From: a virus
Lineage: Duplodnaviria > Caudoviricetes
Reading direction: 5' to 3' (one strand)
DNA: 64,000 nt
IMG/VR virus record: IMGVR_UViG_3300044949_001557
Coordinates: 107-64,106 of that record
Position numbers and translations under genes: made by a program. Under the pieces are notes generated by a model. That model saw only the letters and a program-made list of their open reading frames with translations, did not search any database and was not told the origin of the DNA. Shown one piece after another: positions 1 to 9,969 of this stretch; position 1 is the first letter of the stretch, and the number at the start of each line of letters is the position of its first letter.

Positions 1-49
1 ACGGTGCCAAAAAAGGTTGGCAATTTGTTGAAGTCAGTAAAAAATATCA

Positions 50-838
50 ATGATTAAATATGCGTATGCACTGAACATGCCTGGTGAGCACACTAAATGG
101 ACGCTGGAACCGTGGAAGAAAAAAGGACTCCGGGTATTTGATACTGTAAAACAAGTACCCGATGGCTATGTATTAATTGCCAGTCACTATGCCCCTTGGT
201 GGAGTCCACTTAAAGAATACATTGCCCAAGGCAGACCTTACATTGAAATTGAATATGGATACTGGGGACCGGACACACCTCGACGAGAAACACGTAGAGT
301 AACTTATAACGGGCACCATAACATGAATATGCAAGCTGTTCCCCATAGCAGATCACATTTATTTCCTATGCCTGGACACAATACTTGGCGAACCACTCCA
401 GGGGAATATGTGCTAGGGATACAGCCCGTCGAATCTGTGTTACTAGAACGCACTGGAGAAAATTTAGATCAATTTAGACAACGTATTGCTGATACTATTG
501 CTCCGTATTGGTCAGGACCTATCAAGTGGCGTAAGAAGATGGGTGCAAAGTTTGCTAGATTTGAAACATTTCGAGAGCAAGTGGTCAGTGCCCATGCCGT
601 GGTAGGTGAGCGAACCATGGCCTGTGTTGAAGCATGGTTGTTGGGTGTGCCAGCATACACAGTAGATCCATCAATGACCACACTGCTCATGGGCAGCATT
701 GAGAATTTAGCAAAACCAGTGTACCCTGATCGTGCTGCCTGGTGGGAACATGTCTGCTGGAGCCAGTTTAACAGAACAGAATTTGAAACAACTACACCTG
801 CTGATTTAGTAGAACAGTATCAAATTTTAGCTCAATAA
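50..838 (+). CDS. KpsS/KpsC-like (capsule-synthesis type) glycosyltransferase paralogue 1
   Basis: YIEIEYGYWG and MACVEAWLLGVP motifs and a C-terminal W..SQF...E motif, shared with five neighbouring paralogues. Confidence 0.55.
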   Translation: MIKYAYALNMPGEHTKWTLEPWKKKGLRVFDTVKQVPDGYVLIASHYAPWWSPLKEYIAQGRPYIEIEYGYWGPDTPRRETRRVTYNGHHNMNMQAVPHSRSHLFPMPGHNTWRTTPGEYVLGIQPVESVLLERTGENLDQFRQRIADTIAPYWSGPIKWRKKMGAKFARFETFREQVVSAHAVVGERTMACVEAWLLGVPAYTVDPSMTTLLMGSIENLAKPVYPDRAAWWEHVCWSQFNRTEFETTTPADLVEQYQILAQ

Positions 839-846
839 ATACTGCC

Positions 847-1503
847 ATGATATATCAAGATTGGCAAATATTAGACGACGATAGCAGTTTTCACAGCAGT
901 GTCAAGCGATTACGCAAACAAGGCAAATCTGGAGATATTCTACTTTATCAAAAGGATAATTTAGATCGTGCATTAGAGTTGGTAAAGAATTGGACAGTTG
1001 CAATTGACGGCGGCGCCAATTACGGTCTAATGAGTTATCATATGAATTCAAAGTTTCAACAAGTGCTGGCGTTTGAAATAGACCATCAACTAAGAACTTG
1101 TTTGGAAGCCAACATGAAAACATTTTCATGCTCAAATGTAAAGATTGAATCATGCGGTCTCGGCGACACAGAAAAGTCTGTGGATCTTGTGAGAACCGGC
1201 AAGAGTTTTGGAAATTTTGTAGACCCCAATGCCGAAACTGGCAACTTCCCCATTAGATCCATCGACGGCTACAATTTAACCAATGTGGGATTTATCAAAC
1301 TAGACTGTGAAGGCTACGAGCCCTTGATTATACAAGGTGCCGAGCAAACAATCAAACGCTCGTTTCCTGTGATACTAATGGAACGAAAAGTTTTGGTCAA
1401 AAAATACAACTTCGGTAGTCATGCAACAGAAGAACTTCTACAGAGTTGGGGATACAACCGGCTCATCAATTTAGGTAAAGATGTTATTTTGGCCAAAACC
1501 TAA
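847..1503 (+). CDS. FkbM-family SAM methyltransferase
   Basis: AIDGGANYG, AFE and FIKLDCEGYE motifs. Confidence 0.85.
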   Translation: MIYQDWQILDDDSSFHSSVKRLRKQGKSGDILLYQKDNLDRALELVKNWTVAIDGGANYGLMSYHMNSKFQQVLAFEIDHQLRTCLEANMKTFSCSNVKIESCGLGDTEKSVDLVRTGKSFGNFVDPNAETGNFPIRSIDGYNLTNVGFIKLDCEGYEPLIIQGAEQTIKRSFPVILMERKVLVKKYNFGSHATEELLQSWGYNRLINLGKDVILAKT

Positions 1504-1534
1504 ATACCGTCAATACCCACTAATAAATATCCAC

Positions 1535-2293
1535 ATGAAAATTGTTATTGTTACAGGCGGATTCGATCCGCTGCATTCGGGTCACATTGCCTACTTCAAA
1601 GCAGCAAAAACTCTTGGGGATTGGTTGGTTGTTGGACTCAATTCTGATGACTGGTTGGTTCGTAAAAAAGGTAGACCTTTCATGCCCTTGCAAGAGCGAA
1701 TGGTCATTGTAGGCAATCTTGCAGTGGTGGACGAAGTGGTGGTCTACAACGACGACGATGGCTCCAGCTGTGATGCAATTCGACTGGTCAAACAACGCTA
1801 CCCTGATGCTGAAATTGTGTTTGCCAACGGCGGCGATCGCACTCGGGAAAACATTCCAGAAATGGTGTTTGATGATGTGGAGTTTGTGTTTGGCGTGGGT
1901 GGAGAAGACAAGAAAAACAGTTCAAGCTGGATTCTTGAAGATTGGAAGAAACCCCGAACACAACGCGCCTGGGGATACTATCGAGTGTTGCACGAAGTCG
2001 GTAATCACGTCAAACTCAAAGAACTAACAGTAAATCCCAAGACATGCTTGAGCATGCAACGACACGAAAAACGTGCGGAGTTTTGGTTTGTGGCTGAAGG
2101 TGAAGCCACAGTATACACAGTAGACCCAGCCAGCACTGATTCAGAAGTATTGTCTACCCCCATTAGACATCAGCATACTTGGATTAGGGTAAATCAATGG
2201 CATCAGTTATGCAATGAAACCGATCAGCCTCTCAAATTGATTGAAATTCAATACGGTGACAACTGTGTAGAAGAGGACATTGAACGACGATGA
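1535..2293 (+). CDS. Cytidylyl/adenylyltransferase (RfaE/TagD-like) fused to a mannose-6-P-isomerase-like cupin
   Basis: TGGFDPLHSGH (HxGH) and FANGGDR in the N-terminal half; RAWGYY and LSMQRH..RAEFW cupin motifs in the C-terminal half. Start moved to ATG 1535, after TAAATA. Confidence 0.85.
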   Translation: MKIVIVTGGFDPLHSGHIAYFKAAKTLGDWLVVGLNSDDWLVRKKGRPFMPLQERMVIVGNLAVVDEVVVYNDDDGSSCDAIRLVKQRYPDAEIVFANGGDRTRENIPEMVFDDVEFVFGVGGEDKKNSSSWILEDWKKPRTQRAWGYYRVLHEVGNHVKLKELTVNPKTCLSMQRHEKRAEFWFVAEGEATVYTVDPASTDSEVLSTPIRHQHTWIRVNQWHQLCNETDQPLKLIEIQYGDNCVEEDIERR

Positions 2294-2970
2294 AACCTAT
2301 TCCTATATTTGTTGGATACGATCCCAGGGAAGCTGTGGCCTATCATGTGTGTGCCAATTCCATTATTAGAAATGCATCTGCGCCAGTGGCCATTATACCA
2401 TTGGCCTTGAATTTGTTTGATGACTACAAAGAAACTCACACCGACGGCAGTAATCATTTTATCTACAGTCGTTTTTTGGTTCCACATCTTATGGAATACA
2501 CAGGCCATGCTATATTCATCGACGGTGACATGATTATTCGCGGAGACATTGTGGAACTTTGGAATCAGAGAGATGTTTACAAGGATGTGCAGGTAGTCAA
2601 ACACGATTACAAAACCCGGATGCCTGTGAAATATCTAGGAGCAAAGAATGAGGATTACCCGAGAAAAAATTGGAGTAGTGTTATTTTATGGAATTGTAAC
2701 AGTTTTCCTAATCGCAAGCTTACTCCTGATTTTATCCAGCGATCTACCGGCGCTGAACTACACCGTTTCACCTGGTTAGACGATGATCGAATTGGAGAGT
2801 TACCACCTGAGTGGAACTGGTTACCCGATGAATACGGTGCCAATCTCAATGCCAAACTACTACACTACACCCTAGGATCACCGTGTTTTCATGAGTTTGC
2901 TACCACTCCGCAGGGCGATGAATGGCACCGCGAACACATGTTAACTGATTATTGTTTGCAAAGAGTATGA
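2290..2970 (+). CDS. GT-A fold glycosyltransferase (GT8-like)
   Basis: IFVGYDPRE, FIDGDM (DxD), YPRKNWSSV, WNWL and HYTLG motifs. Confidence 0.8.
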   Translation: MKPIPIFVGYDPREAVAYHVCANSIIRNASAPVAIIPLALNLFDDYKETHTDGSNHFIYSRFLVPHLMEYTGHAIFIDGDMIIRGDIVELWNQRDVYKDVQVVKHDYKTRMPVKYLGAKNEDYPRKNWSSVILWNCNSFPNRKLTPDFIQRSTGAELHRFTWLDDDRIGELPPEWNWLPDEYGANLNAKLLHYTLGSPCFHEFATTPQGDEWHREHMLTDYCLQRV

Positions 2971-3764
2971 AACAGGTATTGTGTATAAATCGCAAAGGTC
3001 CAGACATGGAAATACTGGACCGACAGGCAGCGTTTGTAAATCGCTTTGCCGAAGGATGCGATGGCAAATTATTATCGGCATCGGAAGCATTTGAATATCC
3101 TGTTGAATATCCAATTTGTGTTCGCGGTATGAAGTTCACTCGCTGGGTCAAACTTGCTGCCGAACAAGGCAGACAATACTACTACATTGACAATGGCTAT
3201 TTTGGCAATCACGGTCGAAAAGTTTACTTCAGAATAATCAAAAACAATGTGCATGACACCCGAGACATTATCGAACGTCCCAGTGATCGTCTAGCACCGT
3301 GCGAAGTCAATTTAAAAAACTTTACACCCGGGCGTAAGATTTTGTTGGCACCGCCCAGTGTTAAAAGTTTTACAATGTGGGACATAGATCAAGAACAGTG
3401 GATTGCAGAAACTGTTGCTGAGATCAAAAAGCACACTGATCGCCCCGTAGAAGTTAGACTGAAACGTCCACGCAATGATCGCATGGCCGTGGACACCATG
3501 GAAGAGGCTCTAGACAACGATGTTCACTGCTTGGTCACATACAACTCAGTGGCCGCTGTTGAAGCAGTTATGTTGGGCAAGCCTGCAATTGCGCTGGGAC
3601 CAAATGCTGCCGGAGTGGTGTGCTCTAATACTCTTGCTGAAATAGAAAACCCATATATTCCATCTCTAGACGAGCGTGACGCCTGGTTGCGTCATTTAAG
3701 TTACTGTCAATTTACATTTACAGAAATGAGCGACGGCACCGCCTGGAGAATACTCAATGAGTGA
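2967..3764 (+). CDS. KpsS/KpsC-like glycosyltransferase paralogue 2
   Basis: YYIDNGYFG, TYNSVAAVEAVMLGKP and LSYCQFT motifs. Confidence 0.6.
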   Translation: MKQVLCINRKGPDMEILDRQAAFVNRFAEGCDGKLLSASEAFEYPVEYPICVRGMKFTRWVKLAAEQGRQYYYIDNGYFGNHGRKVYFRIIKNNVHDTRDIIERPSDRLAPCEVNLKNFTPGRKILLAPPSVKSFTMWDIDQEQWIAETVAEIKKHTDRPVEVRLKRPRNDRMAVDTMEEALDNDVHCLVTYNSVAAVEAVMLGKPAIALGPNAAGVVCSNTLAEIENPYIPSLDERDAWLRHLSYCQFTFTEMSDGTAWRILNE

Positions 3765-4557
3765 TAGGCCTACAATGTTGGGTGCTGCCAAGAAAGACAA
3801 ATGGATAGGCCCATTTGTTCGAGCCATCGGCGGTAGAATGACAACAGGGTTAGATGAAATTTATTCTAACACCACAATCCCAATGGCGTTTTCTGGCATA
3901 AGCAAAACAGCAGCAAGGACACAGGCTCAGAAGCATAACCTTGACTATTGGTATATAGATACAGGGTATATAGGAAATAGACGTTTTAAGACTTGGTTTA
4001 GAATTAGTAAAAACGATTTTCAGGTTACTATACCAATACAATCAAGACCCAATGACCGTTTGAAAAAATTAAGCATAAACAGATCTCAATTTGTTCGTGG
4101 TAACAAAATAATGATTATTCCCATTGATGCTAAAGTGGCCGAGGGATATGGTATAGTAGATCCTGATACTTGGTTAAAACAAACAGTCGATACAATAAAA
4201 AAATACACTGATAGAGAGATCGTAGTAAGACATAGACCGGCCAGCAGAGAAACCAGAGTAACCACAGACACGTTCATTGAAGCACTACAAAAAGATATTA
4301 GTGCCGTTGTTGTGTGGGCCAGCAATTGCGGAGTAGAAGCTGCACAGCATGGAATACCTGTGGTGAGTTTGGGCCCCAGTGCCTGCACACAAATCAGCGG
4401 TAGTATACAACAAATTGACAACTTACCGAATATTGATTCAGAATTGCAAGAAATGTGGTTGCGTTGGCTTAGTTACAATCAATTTTCGTTGCCTGAAACT
4501 GAATCTGGATTGGCATGGCGCATACTACAAGAAAATTATGCAAGTAATAGTCAATAG
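3757..4557 (+). CDS. KpsS/KpsC-like glycosyltransferase paralogue 3
   Basis: WYIDTGYIG, RHRP, SNCGVEAAQHGIP and LSYNQFS motifs; AT-richer than neighbours. Confidence 0.6.
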   Translation: MSDRPTMLGAAKKDKWIGPFVRAIGGRMTTGLDEIYSNTTIPMAFSGISKTAARTQAQKHNLDYWYIDTGYIGNRRFKTWFRISKNDFQVTIPIQSRPNDRLKKLSINRSQFVRGNKIMIIPIDAKVAEGYGIVDPDTWLKQTVDTIKKYTDREIVVRHRPASRETRVTTDTFIEALQKDISAVVVWASNCGVEAAQHGIPVVSLGPSACTQISGSIQQIDNLPNIDSELQEMWLRWLSYNQFSLPETESGLAWRILQENYASNSQ

Positions 4558-5608
4558 AGAAGAACTTGTAGAGCCTTTGGCTAAAAAAATACTGGTGCAA
4601 GCATACAAGAAAAGGCCCATGCAGTATGCTGAACTTGATGCCTATGTTGACAAGATTCACAAGCGTCTAGACAAAACTGGATTGTTGGATATAAACTTTG
4701 CCGAAGTCAATGGTCTGATCCACAAACAGCTTGTTAATTATACTGATCAGCTTGTAGTTGATTACAAAACACAGTATCGTCCGTTGGTAAATTGGTTAGC
4801 TGATAACTTTTCTTTGTTGGGTATTGATCAACAGCAACTACTTGAATGGTATACAGATCCTGCGAACAAAGGGTTCTTAAAAAACATTACTAGACACATG
4901 TCATCAGATGTTGAGTATGTTGTCAACAGTGATTATCACGAGCCTGCACTGATACGAAACATCGTCGACAATGAACAGGCTATTAGCATGAGAATGCTTG
5001 CAGGTCAAGAGTTTTGGTTTACTGATGCAGGCTACACTAACTTTATTGCTGCCAAGGGCAAACCATGGCACAGATTGTGTCACAATCACATACATCAAAA
5101 TCTTTCGCATTTAAATTTTCCAGCGGATAGATTGAAATTGTTGGAAACTACGCCACAGCCCTGGAGAACTGCAGGCAACAAAATACTTGTGGTAGAAAGT
5201 AGTGACCGACACTATCAACTGTTTGGAAAAGACCGCGACACCTGGCGTGACAATATCACTGATGAGTTGGCAAAGCACACAGATCGACCTGTTGAATATC
5301 GTGCCAAACACATGGATCGCAAAACAAGAGATTCTGTCTATGATCTCTTGATGTCAAGCAATGACTACTACTGTGTGATTTCTGATTCAAGTGCTGCTGC
5401 AGTGGAAGCTGTATGGGCCGGCGTGCCGATCATTACACTGAACACTCACATTACCACTGCAATTGCAAGAACACAAGTTGCAGACATCAATAATTTGTAT
5501 CGCGGTCCCATTGGTGATTGGTTGTGTGCTTTGACATACAGTCAGTTCACCAAAAAAGAAATGCAAAATGGCCGAGCCTGGCAGATCATAGAGCAGTATC
5601 ATGTATGA
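4538..5608 (+). CDS. KpsS/KpsC-like glycosyltransferase paralogue 4, with N-terminal extension
   Basis: WFTDAGY, SSAAAVEAVWAGVP and LTYSQFT motifs; start at ATG 4538. Confidence 0.55.
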   Translation: MQVIVNREELVEPLAKKILVQAYKKRPMQYAELDAYVDKIHKRLDKTGLLDINFAEVNGLIHKQLVNYTDQLVVDYKTQYRPLVNWLADNFSLLGIDQQQLLEWYTDPANKGFLKNITRHMSSDVEYVVNSDYHEPALIRNIVDNEQAISMRMLAGQEFWFTDAGYTNFIAAKGKPWHRLCHNHIHQNLSHLNFPADRLKLLETTPQPWRTAGNKILVVESSDRHYQLFGKDRDTWRDNITDELAKHTDRPVEYRAKHMDRKTRDSVYDLLMSSNDYYCVISDSSAAAVEAVWAGVPIITLNTHITTAIARTQVADINNLYRGPIGDWLCALTYSQFTKKEMQNGRAWQIIEQYHV

Positions 5609-6488
5609 TGTAGTGGTTTATCTCAGTAGCTTGCCACGTATTGCTGACCGCAATCGCAAGGTCGAAGTGCTGCAGGCATTTGCTGCTGGGTGCAATCACC
5701 TGGGATTGAAAACATTGCTACAAGACAAACAACAACTAGCACCCACCAAACTTGGTGTTATATTGGGATGGGTAGGTCAAAGCATCAAAGGCCCTCACAT
5801 ACAACTTCGTAAGGATGTTATAGCAAATCAACGAGTAATGAGCATCGACGGAAGTTGTTTTAAGTTTGCCGACCCCGACAGTATTTTTCTTCGTTACAGT
5901 TTGGACGGTGTTTACTACAACACAAACGAATATGCCAACAAAAACAGTGGTCCAGAAAAGTGGAATCAAATAAGCCAATGTTTGGGGCTTGAGTTAAAAC
6001 CTTGGCGTGTGTCTGGAGATCATATCTTAGTTTGCGGACAACGCGATGGTGGCTGGTCAATGAAAGGCACTGACATGAATCAATGGGTCTTAGACACAGT
6101 AAAACTGATCAGAACAAAAACTACTAGACCCATTGTTGTTAGGCCACATCCTAAGAATCCCATCAACCCAAACTTGTTTGCTGGAATACCCAATCTAAAG
6201 TTCAGTTGTGCCACTATACTACAACAAGATTTGCACAATGCCTGGGCCGGTGTGTTCTTTAACAGTTCTAGTTGTGTTGCTAGTGTGTTAGCAGGTGTGC
6301 CTGTGTTTGCGTCCGATCCTGATTGCGTAGCATGGCAAGTGGCCAATCAAGATATAGCACAAATAGAAAAGCCACTGATGCCTGCTAGGGAACAATGGCT
6401 TTGGGATTTATCAGCTGCTCACTGGACTGACAAAGAAAGCAGAGCTGGGTTGATCTATAACAAATTCAAACCGTTGTTACCAACCTAA
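5601..6488 (+). CDS. KpsS/KpsC-like glycosyltransferase paralogue 5
   Basis: CGQRDGG, VVRPHP and FNSSSCVASVLAGVP motifs. Confidence 0.65.
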   Translation: MYDVVVYLSSLPRIADRNRKVEVLQAFAAGCNHLGLKTLLQDKQQLAPTKLGVILGWVGQSIKGPHIQLRKDVIANQRVMSIDGSCFKFADPDSIFLRYSLDGVYYNTNEYANKNSGPEKWNQISQCLGLELKPWRVSGDHILVCGQRDGGWSMKGTDMNQWVLDTVKLIRTKTTRPIVVRPHPKNPINPNLFAGIPNLKFSCATILQQDLHNAWAGVFFNSSSCVASVLAGVPVFASDPDCVAWQVANQDIAQIEKPLMPAREQWLWDLSAAHWTDKESRAGLIYNKFKPLLPT

Positions 6489-7121
6489 CACATAGTCATT
6501 CTTGACTGACGTCAGGATCTTTGCGCCCCAGCTAACCAGTGTGTCTAGAGCTTGTGCGATATCTGTATGTCCCACATCCTTGTGCTTTTTGTGCTCCACA
6601 ACCATGATAGGCCGGTATTTTAAGATTGTTTCCTGGGCACCACGCAGGATTGTGTTTTCATATCCCTCGCAGTCAATTTTGATGTAGTCAATCTTGGGCA
6701 AATTTAGACTGTCTAGTCTATACATAGGAATTGATCCTGTGCCAATGCTGGCAGTATCAACGTGACTGTGTCCGGTATTTTCAGCAGTGATGATCATGTT
6801 GATTTGTGTGTCTTGCTCTCCCAAGGCACAACCGCGAACTTCAAAGTTGGCAGCAGTGACATTCTTCAACAGGCACTCTCTAAAATCTGCAACAGGTTCA
6901 AACGCAATCACACGATCAAAGTTTTCACACAAGTCTCTACTCCATAAGCCTACGTTGGCACCAATGTCTAGTGCCAGTCCTTTGTGAGTGCACAAGCTCA
7001 TACTGGCTTTTCTCACAGGCTCTTGATAAACAGGCACGCCGCCCTTTTTGATATTCTTGTCTAGCATTCCTGCAAAATGTGTGTCTTGGTCCGGGAACCA
7101 CCAGCCGTGTGTTTGATACAT
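6477..7121 (-). CDS. FkbM-family SAM methyltransferase
   Basis: LDIGANVG, AFEP and YIKIDCEGYE motifs; AAGGA SD before ATG 7121. Confidence 0.85.
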   Translation of the reverse strand: MYQTHGWWFPDQDTHFAGMLDKNIKKGGVPVYQEPVRKASMSLCTHKGLALDIGANVGLWSRDLCENFDRVIAFEPVADFRECLLKNVTAANFEVRGCALGEQDTQINMIITAENTGHSHVDTASIGTGSIPMYRLDSLNLPKIDYIKIDCEGYENTILRGAQETILKYRPIMVVEHKKHKDVGHTDIAQALDTLVSWGAKILTSVKNDYVLGW

Positions 7122-7122
7122 A

Positions 7123-7710
7123 TTAATTTCCTTGAGCTGGACGCTTGATATACATTTTTTTACGCTTCTTTCGAAACTCAATGAATTGAGTTTCAAACAC
7201 TGCATGCGGGGGGAAATACTGTTCGATCATGCCTTCGTGTGCATCAGTTATAATGATGTAAGAAAACTTGTCGTAATTTTTGTTCAACCAATCTGTTATA
7301 CGAGATAGTTGATCTCCCATTTCTTCTGTGCTTCTATGTCCACTCCAATGGCCCAACACATCTTTGCAAATCAGCATGTCGGCGTCGGGAAGATTCAAGG
7401 TTTCATCGCAAATGTAAGTATTGTTGGGGTTGTTTTTTTGTGCAATAGAAATTGCAGTGGGGCTGATGTCTATGCCTGTGTATTTGGTGGATCCCCAATC
7501 AAATTCCCGATAAAGGCCGTTGTCGCCACAGCCGTAGTCCACAATAGATTTTATTTGATTGTCCTTGATAAACTTTTTCAAGAAGTTGAGATATAATTCT
7601 GCACGCTCGGGAAAACTTTCTGGACCACTCAGTGACACTGGATTTTGATGTTTGGTCACCCAGGCACCGGTGCGGTAAATTTCTTCAAACATATCTTTCA
7701 TTGATTTCAT
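7123..7710 (-). CDS. Class I SAM-dependent methyltransferase
   Basis: VDYGCGD, YTGIDIS and ICKDVLGH motifs. Confidence 0.8.
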   Translation of the reverse strand: MKSMKDMFEEIYRTGAWVTKHQNPVSLSGPESFPERAELYLNFLKKFIKDNQIKSIVDYGCGDNGLYREFDWGSTKYTGIDISPTAISIAQKNNPNNTYICDETLNLPDADMLICKDVLGHWSGHRSTEEMGDQLSRITDWLNKNYDKFSYIIITDAHEGMIEQYFPPHAVFETQFIEFRKKRKKMYIKRPAQGN

Positions 7711-7711
7711 T

Positions 7712-8332
7712 TTATTGTCCTTCGCCTAATAATCTAAGTTTCTTGCCGGCTTTCCATTGCCGTGTATATCTGGCACTCATTTTACAATAGTCATTGTAGT
7801 TTCTTAGTTCGATTTTTACGCCACTGTGTTCGAGATGACCTATATTGGGTTGTCCAAAATCCAACCATAACTGCCGAAAGGCAACACTATCGCCGTGCCA
7901 TGATTTTCTATCTAGGTCAAAATGTTGCAGAACCATTTCAAAAATGGGCAATGCACTAGGTCGAGCCAATCTCCAGGCAGGATTTATTGCAACTAAATCT
8001 TGTCGTCGAAGCAAGGCAAGATCTCCTGCCAGTGGCGGCCACATTTCTGCAATTCTACTGTCAGGTTCGGTGAACCAATATACATCATCAGGTGCAGTTT
8101 TTAAAAATTCAACAAAACAGATTTCTCTATTGTAAACAACGTTCACTGGGTCTAAGTTGGGAAAGTAATAATTTTCGTCTCCCCATCCAGGATGACCGTC
8201 CAGTGTTAGATGTATTGTTGAGAGGCCAAACAAAGAGACATTTTGCTTGAATCCCTCAAACAGTTTACGATATGTATCTGGGGGAAAGTTTTTTGCCATG
8301 GGACCATCAGCATGATAGATCACTGCCTTCAT
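7712..8332 (-). CDS. Putative glycosyltransferase-like protein
   Basis: FTEPDS and WHGD motifs; operon context. Confidence 0.4.
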   Translation of the reverse strand: MKAVIYHADGPMAKNFPPDTYRKLFEGFKQNVSLFGLSTIHLTLDGHPGWGDENYYFPNLDPVNVVYNREICFVEFLKTAPDDVYWFTEPDSRIAEMWPPLAGDLALLRRQDLVAINPAWRLARPSALPIFEMVLQHFDLDRKSWHGDSVAFRQLWLDFGQPNIGHLEHSGVKIELRNYNDYCKMSARYTRQWKAGKKLRLLGEGQ

Positions 8333-9156
8333 TTTCGACCCCTGCTGTTTAATACTTTTTGCCAGTAGGGATGGTCTTGATGTAACACAACTTCTTTGGG
8401 TTTGGAATGTCCCTGTAGTTTGCGATCGCCTTTGACATGATCCATGTGCTTGCCCAGCTCACTATTGATAAAGGGATGCCCTGCAAGACCTTTGTCTTCC
8501 CAACTGGGATTGAGATTATGAAAATGACATCGCTGTTGAATTTGTTTTCTTAACACATCAAAGATATAACTGTCGTGCCATTCACGCTCTTTGAAAATTG
8601 CATCACTGTTATACATGTTTACAAAATCGCGAATAAACTGACGGCATTCAGATTTATCTAAATTGTAGGCCACCCAACCACATTCTGAATGATATTTTTC
8701 GCCGCGTCCTAGATAACTGACCATCGACCCGCCGGGGCACACAGATTGTAAAAATGGCAAAGATACCGGTGTGTGCGTGACACTGTCTGCATCAATCCAA
8801 ATCATCCATCCTGAATTGATCATGTCTGCTGCCTGAGCCTTGGCAAATACCTTGTAGCAAAAGCGAACAGCATCCCAGCGAAATTGCTTTTTGGGATTGA
8901 ACACATCGGGCGGCCCTGCCTTGCCGTGTGCCAGTGGATTGTTCTTGTGACGTTCAACAAACGCACGTAGATCTGAGCTGGCCGCCAATAAGTCAATGAC
9001 CTTTGTGTTTGATCTTGAGGTCCGTGGTGTGCAGTTTTCTGCCAGCACAATAAGATCTACCTCCGCAGGCCAATGTTGTTCAAAAGTGTCGATCATGCGC
9101 TGACCGTATTGTTCGAGGCCAGCCTGATGAAATGTGGTAATTACTGTGTATTTCAT
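8329..9156 (-). CDS. GT-A fold glycosyltransferase
   Basis: WIDADS (DxD), SECGW, EWHDSYIFD and DHVKG motifs. Confidence 0.7.
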   Translation of the reverse strand: MKYTVITTFHQAGLEQYGQRMIDTFEQHWPAEVDLIVLAENCTPRTSRSNTKVIDLLAASSDLRAFVERHKNNPLAHGKAGPPDVFNPKKQFRWDAVRFCYKVFAKAQAADMINSGWMIWIDADSVTHTPVSLPFLQSVCPGGSMVSYLGRGEKYHSECGWVAYNLDKSECRQFIRDFVNMYNSDAIFKEREWHDSYIFDVLRKQIQQRCHFHNLNPSWEDKGLAGHPFINSELGKHMDHVKGDRKLQGHSKPKEVVLHQDHPYWQKVLNSRGRK

Positions 9157-9168
9157 GTGAGATATTTA

Positions 9169-9969
9169 GTGACCAAAACAGTGACCTATTTTCCTTTGCA
9201 GTGTGCTCGAAATTCGGGGCCAGTTATGACCGCGGTGCTTGCTGCTCTACACAAGCACGGATTCCAAACAGTGCCCAACAATCGTGACGCTGACATAGCA
9301 GTGATATGGAGTGTGCTTTGGTCGGGTCGCATGCAGCCCAACAAAGAAATTTATGAGCTGTATCGTCGCACTGGACGCCCAGTTGTGTGCATTGACATTG
9401 GTGCATTGCTGCGCGGAACAACATGGAAAATAGCATTAAACAACATCAATGCACTGGGCCATTACGGACATAAAACCAATCTAGATTTTGACCGTCCACA
9501 AAAATTGGGCATCAAATTATCAAAGAATTCTCTCAACCATGGACGCATATTGATAGCGGGTCAGCACACACAAAGCCTACAGCTGGATGGCATTGATCAG
9601 ACCGCTTGGTATCTACAACGCATACAGGAAGTTGCTGACGGTCGACAAATAGTGGTAAGACCGCATCCACGATGTGCACTGGATCAAAGTCGATTCCCTA
9701 AACATGTGATTTGGGAACAGCCTAAAAAACTGGTCAACACCTACGACAGCTTTGATCTGCACTGGGACTTTGATGCAGTGATAAATTATAATTCAGGCCC
9801 AGGAATACAGGCAGTGATTGCCGGAGTTCCTGTGATAGTTGATCAGTCAAGTCTGGCATTTGGCATCACAGATCGGCATCAATGGTTGGCTGAAATTTGT
9901 CATACAGAATACACAGTGGAAGAAATTGAGCAAGGAACATGGGTAAAAAGGATAGGATTAGAGCACTAG
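9169..9969 (+). CDS. KpsS/KpsC-like glycosyltransferase paralogue 6
   Basis: IAGQH, VVRPHP and NYNSGPGIQAVIAGVP motifs; start placed at GTG 9169 (uncertain). Confidence 0.6.
   Translation: MTKTVTYFPLQCARNSGPVMTAVLAALHKHGFQTVPNNRDADIAVIWSVLWSGRMQPNKEIYELYRRTGRPVVCIDIGALLRGTTWKIALNNINALGHYGHKTNLDFDRPQKLGIKLSKNSLNHGRILIAGQHTQSLQLDGIDQTAWYLQRIQEVADGRQIVVRPHPRCALDQSRFPKHVIWEQPKKLVNTYDSFDLHWDFDAVINYNSGPGIQAVIAGVPVIVDQSSLAFGITDRHQWLAEICHTEYTVEEIEQGTWVKRIGLEH

Noticed and set aside
1-53. 3' end of an upstream gene (…GAKKGWQFVEVSKKYQ*)
   Set aside because: Too short to assign a product
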